Below, in pieces: positions 6,655-12,882 of a stretch of DNA of 17,175 bases. Positions within the stretch are counted from its first letter, which is position 1. Each line of letters opens with the position of its first letter. Source of the DNA: Deltaproteobacteria bacterium (GTDB lineage: Bacteria; Desulfobacterota; DSM-4660; Desulfatiglandales; Desulfatiglandaceae); NCBI GenBank assembly GCA_019308785.1, contig JAFDHL010000060.1:1-17175 (forward strand), given 5' to 3'. The position numbers and the translations under genes were made by a program. Under the pieces are notes generated by a model. That model did not search any database. It had not been told where the DNA came from and was given only the letters and a program-made list of their open reading frames with translations.

Positions 6655-6749
6655 GAAATCCCATCTCCTTGTCCACCCTTTTGACCATTCTCCGAGTGCG
6701 GCACGGTTCTTTCTGCCCTTTCCGTCCCGCACATGACACAAGTTTTTTC

Positions 6750-7033
6750 GTGACTACTCACGTAGTCAGGCTGAAGACTGTTAGTAAAGGCTATGAACAT
6801 CGAACATCGAATCACGCTACAAGCGTGATCGAATTTTGAATAAGGTATTCTGCTAATTTATAAACTGGCGGAGCGAAGCGATTTCATCATTCGATGTTCA
6901 AAAAACGGTTTTTTTCCCCTTCCCGTCCTCCGTCCACCCTCCATAGCATTGCGGAGGACGGGCAGTAGCTTTGCTACGGAGGGTGGACAGTCTTCAGGCT
7001 AAACACCTTCAGCCTGACTACGTGAGTAGTCAC
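6750..7033 (+). mobile_element. MITE-like structured repeat, copy B (full length, perfect 27-bp terminal inverted repeats)
   Basis: Left TIR 6750-6776 (GTGACTACTCACGTAGTCAGGCTGAAG) is the exact reverse complement of right TIR 7007-7033. Each tip is itself a hairpin (GACTAC-tcac-GTAGTC). The core is almost identical to copy A. There is no coding capacity. Confidence 0.75.
6836..6864 (+). promoter_or_regulatory. Near-consensus sigma70 promoter inside repeat copy B, facing the purH-like gene (TTGAAT - 17 nt - TATAAA)
   Basis: Same sequence as 2871-2899. TTGAAT at 6836-6841 and TATAAA at 6859-6864. Confidence 0.4.
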
Positions 7034-7110
7034 GTTTTGTGTGCCCTGCCATGGTCTGCGTGGAAAAGTTCAAACCCCTTTATAAAAACACAGATTCAGG
7101 AGGTTATGAG

Positions 7111-7707
7111 ATGAGTAAGATCGAGAGGGCTATCATTAGCGTAACGGATAAGACAGGGAGTGTGGATTTTGCAAAATCGCTTTCCAAATTCAGGGTAGAG
7201 ATCCTTTCCACCGGAGGGACGGCCCGGATACTCCGCGACGGAGGAATCGAGGTGACCGACATTTCCGATTATACCGGGTTTCCTGAAATGATGGACGGCC
7301 GCGTAAAGACACTTCATCCAAAGGTACATGGTGGACTTTTGTGTATTAGGGACAACGCTGAACATGTCAAGATGATGAAGGAGCATGGAGTGAAACCCAT
7401 TGACATGGTGGTCGTTAACCTCTATCAGTTTGAAAAAGCGGTCTCCAAAGAGGGTGTAACCCTGGATGAAGCCATTGAAAATATCGATATCGGTGGTCCC
7501 TCCATGCTGCGATCCTCTGCCAAGAACTTCAAGTTTGTCACGGTCATTGTTGACCCTGCTGACTATGAGATCGTATTAAAAGAGATGGAAGAAACAGGCG
7601 GCGAGACAACATTGAAGACGAGATTTCGACTGGCGCGAAAGGTATTCGAACTGACCAATCAATACGACGGTGCCATTAGCCGGTATCTCGATAAGATCGA
7701 ACTTTAG
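7111..7707 (+). CDS. IMP cyclohydrolase (PurH N-terminal MGS-like domain only; AICAR transformylase domain absent)
   Basis: Strong match to the PurH N-terminus: [10 protein letters not shown]...STGGTA...[23 protein letters not shown]...VVVNLYQFE...[17 protein letters not shown]. The ORF stops about 198 aa in, right after the domain boundary ([10 protein letters not shown]). ATG 7111 has CAGGAGG 8 nt upstream. The track start 7039 lies just downstream of the repeat end (7033) and is unlikely. Confidence 0.85.
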   Translation: MSKIERAIISVTDKTGSVDFAKSLSKFRVEILSTGGTARILRDGGIEVTDISDYTGFPEMMDGRVKTLHPKVHGGLLCIRDNAEHVKMMKEHGVKPIDMVVVNLYQFEKAVSKEGVTLDEAIENIDIGGPSMLRSSAKNFKFVTVIVDPADYEIVLKEMEETGGETTLKTRFRLARKVFELTNQYDGAISRYLDKIEL

Positions 7708-7772
7708 GGCTCGTTACAACTTTATATCTCAACAGTCTCGCGGTACTCATTTGCCGGATGGTCTGTGATTCT

Positions 7773-8054
7773 TTACTGAAGCGTTATCTTCCCTCCCGGC
7801 TCTTCAGCAGATTGAATATTGCCAAACCTCTGCTCGTATTTGGAAATATTGTCCTGAAGGGCTTTGGCAATCCGTTTCATATGTCCGGGGCTCACAATTA
7901 TCCTTGCATTGACAGCCCCGGATGGAGGCGCCAGCATAATAAAATCCATAATAAATTCTTCCCTCGTATGGGAAACGGCCATGTTATTTGAATATACACC
8001 GCCAAATAATTCCTTTGGAAAGTCCACCCTTATTTCCTTTGGTTTGTCCTGCAT
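7773..8054 (-). CDS. DUF3467 domain-containing protein
   Basis: 93 aa. The pattern GVYSNNMAVSHTREEFIMDFI...ARIIVSPGHMKRIAKALQDNISKYEQRFG matches DUF3467. GAGAGGAG RBS upstream. Confidence 0.75.
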   Translation of the reverse strand: MQDKPKEIRVDFPKELFGGVYSNNMAVSHTREEFIMDFIMLAPPSGAVNARIIVSPGHMKRIAKALQDNISKYEQRFGNIQSAEEPGGKITLQ

Positions 8055-8089
8055 ATTTTTTCTCCTCTCACTTTACAATAAATCGGTAA

Positions 8090-8120
8090 CGTTCAAAAGT
8101 ATTCACATCTTGAAGGTCAC
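8090..8120. repeat. Solo copy of the foldback-arm repeat
   Basis: 8090-8120 (CGTTCAAAAGTATTCACATCTTGAAGGTCAC) matches the reverse complement of 1238-1269. By manual alignment, 25 of the first 27 positions are identical, with weaker matching beyond that. Confidence 0.55.
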
Positions 8121-8320
8121 CAATAAATCTGGTTACAGGTGCCGCTACCAACACCAGGTTTCCGAGAGATTTATTTCATTTAATCCCGGATTCTCTGTTT
8201 GAAACTATATTACGAAAGTAAATACGGCAACAAAAAGTTTTAGTGAATAATCCTTACACAGAGGACGTTGCTTTGATTCACCCTTGAAAGAGGTTATGAT
8301 CATAGATAATCTCAGGAGTG

Positions 8321-8358
8321 TAAAGTGACTAAAGTGATCTAAAGTGACTAAAGTTAAG
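8321..8358 (+). repeat. 19-bp tandem repeat (TAAAGTGACTAAAGTGATC / TAAAGTGACTAAAGTTAAG), itself built from 9-10-bp TAAAGTGAC units
   Basis: Read directly from the sequence. It overlaps the nominal start of the OYE-remnant ORF. Confidence 0.75.
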
Positions 8359-9030
8359 GAATTCCTTTATTCTATAAATAAGATGGAGCGAAGCGACACC
8401 ACAACCCTGGCCCAGACCGTTCACCAGCTCCATATACCTCTAAAGCTAAGTCTGAAATTAAGCATTGGCTGGACCAAACATAGTAAAGTCGCACCAGGGC
8501 GGGCTTTAGCTCATTTTAGGCACTATTTGGGGTTTATCCAGGCAATTAGAAAGGCGGTAGGCCCTGACTATCCTGTCCTGGTTAAGCTAAACTCCCGGGA
8601 TTTTGCAGAAAACGGGCTCAGCCTTGCAGATTCCGTCCGGGTCGGCGTAATGCTGAACTACAACGGCATAGATGCCATTGAATTGAGCGGCGGACTTCAC
8701 ATCAGCGGAAAGATGGGAGCCATTCGCACCGGGATCAAATCAGAGGCAGATGAGGCCTATTTCAGGGAAGAGGCCATGACCTTTAAAGAAAAAGTGCACA
8801 TTCCCTTGATCCTTGTTGGTGGAATCCGTTCCTTCCAGGTAGCAGAAAGGCTCGTGGAGCAGGGAATGGCCGACTATATCTCCATGAGCCGTCCCTTTAT
8901 CCGGAAGCCGGACCTGATCAATCGCTGGAGATCAGGGGATCTGAATAAGGCCAAATGTGTCTCCGACAACCGGTGTTTCGAGCCGATCGCGGAGGGTGGC
9001 AGTGTTCGTTGCGTGAGAGAAATGAAATGA
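8344..9030 (+). pseudogene. Old Yellow Enzyme family NADH:flavin oxidoreductase, C-terminal half only (5'-truncated remnant)
   Basis: From about 8530, the translation matches the second half of the OYE TIM barrel and its C-terminal Cys-rich tail: FIQAIRKAVGPDYPVLVKLNSRDF...GIDAIELSGG...IPLILVGGIRS...ADYISMSRPFIRKPDL...CVSDNRC. The first ~60 codons of the ORF are not OYE-like, and the N-terminal FMN-binding half (~190 aa) is missing. Confidence 0.6.
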
Positions 9031-9045
9031 AAGGAGAGACATAAC

Positions 9046-10557
9046 GTGAACATAGCAAAAAATCTGGAAAATGCGGCATTCTATTTTCCTGATCGGCCTG
9101 CGGTCATCGAGGGCGATCAAAAGATCAGTTTCCTCGAGTTCAATCAGGAGTCCAACCGGATCGCAACGGCACTGGCAGGCATGGGGATTCAGCCCGGTGA
9201 TCATGTGGCCCTGTGCGCACCTAATTCCTATCAATGGTTAACCTTTTACTTCGGGGTTCTCAAGGCCGGGGCAGTGGCCGTTACCCTCTCCAATACACTG
9301 AAAAAGGATGAACTGACCCGGATCATGGATGACGCTCGGCCAAAAATCCTGTTTACGGTCGATGAAAGGCTGGATGAGTTAAGTGACAGGAAGGACCGAT
9401 CCTACTTGGAAACGATAATCAGCACACAGGGAGACGTTCCTTACCAAAGGCTTGTTGAGAACGGCTCTTCCTCTTATAAGGCTATTGACTTGGAACGGAA
9501 AAGCACGGGTGCCATCCTTTATACGGGGGGAACAACAGGCATCCCAAAAGGGGTCATGTTGACGCACGAAAACGTGAACACCTCAATTCACAACGTCTCC
9601 CATTATGAACGCTCAACCAATGAAGATTGTGGCCTGTGCTTTCTTCCCCTCAACCATGTTTTTGGTCAGGTGCATATCATGAATTCCACCATATACACCG
9701 GGGGTAGCATAGTTCTTCAGCCATACTTTGATTTGGAAAAAGTCATCGATACCATTGAACGGAACCATGTAACCAAGTTTTACGCGGTGCCCACCATTTA
9801 TATCAGGCTGCTGGCCCTTGAGAACCTGAAGGAAAAATTGAGATCCCTCAGGTACTGTTTCTCGGCCGCGGCCAGTATGGCCGCCGAGTTGGTCCGTGAA
9901 TGGAAGAGCCGAACGGGCTTAGATATATATGAGTCTTATGGTATGACCGAGAGTGCAACCATGGTTACTTACAACCATTATTATCGTCATGTGGTCGGCT
10001 CTGTCGGCACTCCCGTCAGCACAATCGAAGTCCAGATAAGGGATAAGGAGGGTAACCTGCTGGGGCCGGGTTCCGAGGGGGAAATCTGCATCCGTGGTCC
10101 TAACATCATGATGGGATACCTGAACAGACCTGACGAAACCCGATCCGTTTTCTGGGATGAATGGTTTAGGAGCGAGGACATAGGGGTTATTGATGAAAAT
10201 GGATACCTTTTTATAGTTGACCGGTTGAAGGATATGATTATCACGGGTGGCGAAAACGTGTATCCAAGGGAGATAGAAGAGGTTCTTTATTCCAGACCGG
10301 AGGTGGGAGAATGCGCGGTAATTGGCCTGCCGGACAAAGAATATGGAGAAAAGGTGACCGCCTTTATTATCCCCAAACAAGGCCGGCAATTAAACCAGGC
10401 TGAATTGAAGTCCTATCTCAAAACAAAACTATCATCTTTCAAGGTCCCCAAGGAATTCATCAGTGTAGCCGACCTTCCCAAAAGCAGTACAGGTAAGATC
10501 CTGAAACGCGAATTGAAAAGGCAGATGCTGGAGGAGACAAAGAAAGGTTATAAATGA
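9046..10557 (+). CDS. AMP-dependent acyl-CoA synthetase/ligase (FadD-like; substrate unknown)
   Basis: AMP-binding motif YTGGTTGIPKGVMLTH, YGMTES, the GYLFIVDRLKDMIITGGENVYPREIE hinge region, and a C-terminal SSTGKILKREL. GTG start with AAAGGAGAGA upstream. Confidence 0.9.
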   Translation: MNIAKNLENAAFYFPDRPAVIEGDQKISFLEFNQESNRIATALAGMGIQPGDHVALCAPNSYQWLTFYFGVLKAGAVAVTLSNTLKKDELTRIMDDARPKILFTVDERLDELSDRKDRSYLETIISTQGDVPYQRLVENGSSSYKAIDLERKSTGAILYTGGTTGIPKGVMLTHENVNTSIHNVSHYERSTNEDCGLCFLPLNHVFGQVHIMNSTIYTGGSIVLQPYFDLEKVIDTIERNHVTKFYAVPTIYIRLLALENLKEKLRSLRYCFSAAASMAAELVREWKSRTGLDIYESYGMTESATMVTYNHYYRHVVGSVGTPVSTIEVQIRDKEGNLLGPGSEGEICIRGPNIMMGYLNRPDETRSVFWDEWFRSEDIGVIDENGYLFIVDRLKDMIITGGENVYPREIEEVLYSRPEVGECAVIGLPDKEYGEKVTAFIIPKQGRQLNQAELKSYLKTKLSSFKVPKEFISVADLPKSSTGKILKRELKRQMLEETKKGYK

Positions 10558-10593
10558 CAGGCACCTGGCTCTATTCGCCATTCCCGCGCAGAG

Positions 10594-10620
10594 CCCGCCC
10601 CCGCAAAGGCGTGGGGCGGG
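10594..10620 (+). other. GC-rich hairpin downstream of the ligase gene (CCCGCCCC - 11 nt - GGGGCGGG), with no U-tract
   Basis: 8-bp all-GC stem read directly. An alternative pairing, ATTCCCGC (10580-10587) with GCGGGAAT (10616-10623), is possible. Function unknown. Confidence 0.3.
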
Positions 10621-10678
10621 AATCCAGAGACCAAGGCCCCGATTTGTTGAGAAACCATATAAGGCACGTTTTGAGAAC

Positions 10679-10720
10679 AAAAGGGGTTGCCATCAATTAT
10701 AAATTACGCCAACCCCTTTT
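10679..10720. terminator. Candidate bidirectional intrinsic terminator between the convergent ligase and TRAP binding-protein genes
   Basis: AAAAGGGGTTG (10679-10689) pairs with CAACCCCTTTT (10710-10720). The GC core is flanked by an A-tract on one side and a T-tract on the other, so it reads as hairpin plus U-run on both strands. The 20-nt loop is larger than ideal. Confidence 0.55.
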
Positions 10721-10736
10721 GTTCCTCAGTCAATTA

Positions 10737-11768
10737 CTATTTGCTGTATTTTTTGACCCCTGCTTTTATAAAATCAACGTAGTCCTTAGCCGGCAATCCC
10801 TTGGCTGATTTGTCATTGATATAACCATCAAATACAGTTGCAACAGCATTGGCCCAGCGCGCACTCTCCGCTTTTGAGAGGGGGATGATCTTATTACCCA
10901 GGCTGAGTGTGAACTCCCGTCCTGCCTTGTCACTGTCATCCCATGCCTTGCCATGTTTGGCAATCCATTCTTTATTGACATCAAGAATGACCTTTTGGAC
11001 GTCCTTGGGCAGGGCATTCCATTTATTAAGATTCATGGCCACATAAAACCCTGCTGTATATCCTACAGAGTAGCATTCGATGGTATACTTGACCACTTCT
11101 CCCTGCTTCCAGCCTTTCAACACCTCGATAGGAGAAAAGGTTGCATCCACCACGCCCTTTTGGAGGGCCTCATACGTACCTCCCTGCCCCATAGCAACTG
11201 GTACGCCACCTAAGGCCTTGACAACCTTGGCGCTGAAGCCGGTGGCGCGAACCTTAAGACCTTTCAGATCATCCATGTTATTTACTACTTTTTTGCTGTG
11301 GAGCAGTCCGGGACCGTGTGCATGGAGGTACATGACTTTGACTTTTGAAAGCTCTTTGGGTTTAAACTTGTTATAAAAGTCGTTAATGATTGCGGTAGCA
11401 GCCTTACCATTGGGATAACCCATGGGAAGGTCCATTGCCTCCATTGAGGGAAAGACGCCCCGGCTGTAAGCAAAGACGGACATCCCTATATCGCTGATAC
11501 CCTTAAGAACGCCATCATAGATTTTGGGCCCCTTGAGAAGGGATCCACCGGGATAATATGTAATCTTCACTTTCCCCTTGGTGCGTTTTTCTATTTCTTT
11601 TGCCCACGAATCACCTAATTTGGCCTGAATATGTGTGGGTGGAAAGAAGTTGCTGTAGCTAAGTTCAATAGCCTTCGCCTGGGCCGTGTTTGCGCCAAAC
11701 ATAAAAAATACGCCCAGCACCATAATCAGAAAAAATACCAAAATCCCTCTTTTCGCGTTCATAGCCAT
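10737..11768 (-). CDS. TRAP transporter substrate-binding protein (DctP-type), with signal peptide
   Basis: N-terminal signal sequence (ILVFFLIMVLGVFFMFGANTAQA) followed by DctP-family features: ELSYSNFFPPTH, YYPGGSLL, LKGLKVRA. AAGGAGGATGG RBS region upstream. Confidence 0.85.
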   Translation of the reverse strand: MAMNAKRGILVFFLIMVLGVFFMFGANTAQAKAIELSYSNFFPPTHIQAKLGDSWAKEIEKRTKGKVKITYYPGGSLLKGPKIYDGVLKGISDIGMSVFAYSRGVFPSMEAMDLPMGYPNGKAATAIINDFYNKFKPKELSKVKVMYLHAHGPGLLHSKKVVNNMDDLKGLKVRATGFSAKVVKALGGVPVAMGQGGTYEALQKGVVDATFSPIEVLKGWKQGEVVKYTIECYSVGYTAGFYVAMNLNKWNALPKDVQKVILDVNKEWIAKHGKAWDDSDKAGREFTLSLGNKIIPLSKAESARWANAVATVFDGYINDKSAKGLPAKDYVDFIKAGVKKYSK

Positions 11769-11999
11769 CCTCCTTTTTATAAAAGAAATTCAAATTAAAA
11801 AACTTTTAAAATTAACCTCTTGTAACAATTCCGATAAAATGGCTACCTCCTTTCAATATGGTAATTTACCTATTGCCGATTATTGTTGTCAAGTCAAAAA
11901 CTACTACATTTCTCAATTGCTGAAAAGGGTTTTTCTCACTTACAGGAAGGCAACCAAAAGGAAAAGCTCATCCTTGTAAAAGACTTCATAGTCTATAAG

Positions 12000-12040
12000 A
12001 TTGTAACCGGAATTTCGCTCTGCTCAACTCCGTTTACAAT
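12000..12040. promoter_or_regulatory. Inverted repeat ATTGTAACCGG - 19 nt - CCGTTTACAAT; candidate upstream activator site for the sigma54 promoter
   Basis: 10/11 complementary half-sites at 12000-12010 and 12030-12040, about 170-210 nt upstream of the -24/-12 element. Position and symmetry only. Confidence 0.3.
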
Positions 12041-12210
12041 CTTTAACGTTATACGCTTTTTGTTGTCATCAAGTATTTAGGAGAAAAATTATCTTTGATC
12101 ACGTGCCAAGAAATTCCACCCCCTGCTCTGAGGGTACAATCTCCATCACTTCCCGGGTATTAATCCTATTATCAGACAATTACTCCAAATACTGAATTCT
12201 TACACCGGGC

Positions 12211-12226
12211 TGGCATGTAATTTGCT
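12211..12226 (+). promoter_or_regulatory. sigma54 (-24/-12) promoter upstream of dctQ: TGGCATG-taat-TTGCT
   Basis: Matches the TGGCACG-N4-TTGCW consensus in spacing and in the invariant GG and GC dinucleotides. It lies about 130 nt upstream of the dctQ ATG. Confidence 0.55.
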
Positions 12227-12354
12227 TTTCTTAACACATACTTAACGTTCCCGGTTTATGTCCTTTCCAGATACGATTTTTGTTGTTTTTTCGTGTTTTT
12301 TGTTCTAAAAGGGCGTAGCATAATCTCTAAATAGACAAATATCGCATTAACAAT

Positions 12355-12882
12355 ATGGAATTTTTAGAAAAACCATCCAAAGGTTTAGCAAAGATATTAT
12401 ATTGGGTAGCCGGCACTGCCATCGTCTCCATGATGCTCCTCACATGTGTCGATGTCATCCTTCGTTTAGGAGTAACCGCCTATCACCAATATCATTGGCG
12501 GTTTCTTTCTCCCTTCAGGCCAATTCCAGGAACATATGAACTGGTTTGCTTTCTGGGTGCGACAGCTGTCTCCTTTGCCATGGCCCATACCTCAGTGGAA
12601 AGGGGTCATGTAGCCGTAAGTATTATTGTTAACCTCCTTCCAAAAAAGGTCCAGTCCATTATTGAAACTATAACTACTATATTCGGACTTATCCTTTTTA
12701 TTTTACTTTCCTGGCAATCTGTTCTTTATGGCAATGACCTCAAGGCAAGCGGGGAGGTATCCCTGACCCTCGAGTTACCCTTTTACCCATTTGTGTATGG
12801 TATCGGGTTTGCCGCGGCTGCGGTTTGTCTTGTCCTGCTGGTGGACCTTTCCAAAAGCCTGCCCGAGGTGTTTCGCAAATGA
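12355..12882 (+). CDS. TRAP transporter small permease (DctQ-type)
   Basis: 175 aa with four hydrophobic segments, located immediately upstream of the DctM gene and overlapping it (ATGA). Confidence 0.8.
   Translation: MEFLEKPSKGLAKILYWVAGTAIVSMMLLTCVDVILRLGVTAYHQYHWRFLSPFRPIPGTYELVCFLGATAVSFAMAHTSVERGHVAVSIIVNLLPKKVQSIIETITTIFGLILFILLSWQSVLYGNDLKASGEVSLTLELPFYPFVYGIGFAAAAVCLVLLVDLSKSLPEVFRK

Noticed and set aside
6696-6748. Hairpin followed by a T-run, considered as the intrinsic terminator of the kor-DUF1178 operon
   Set aside because: The T-run (6743-6748) starts 10 nt after the stem ends, which is too far for a canonical intrinsic terminator. The hairpin may instead be a repeat remnant.
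7034-7110. ZTP (pfl) riboswitch, expected upstream of purH-type genes. ACTGGCG...GAGCGA in the MITE core superficially recalls conserved pfl nucleotides
   Set aside because: The leader lacks the P1/P2 helices and the 3' CCGCCUGGGC pseudoknot partner. The MITE matches are two short strings without the intervening helix.
7864-8202. 112-aa plus-strand ORF
   Set aside because: It is mostly antisense to the DUF3467 gene and extends into its promoter region. It has no recognisable features.
8321-8358. Short direct repeats, considered as a CRISPR array
   Set aside because: The units are 9-10 bp (or 19 bp) and contiguous, with no spacers. There are no cas genes in the window.
10554-10808. 84-aa plus-strand ORF spanning the ligase/TRAP intergenic region
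   Set aside because: It reads through two hairpins and into the antisense of the binding-protein gene. It gives an Arg-rich translation with no RBS.
11686-12080. ORFs of 97 and 65 aa in the AT-rich divergent intergenic region
   Set aside because: They have low-complexity, AT-driven composition, no RBS and no motifs. The region is better interpreted as promoter and regulatory DNA.
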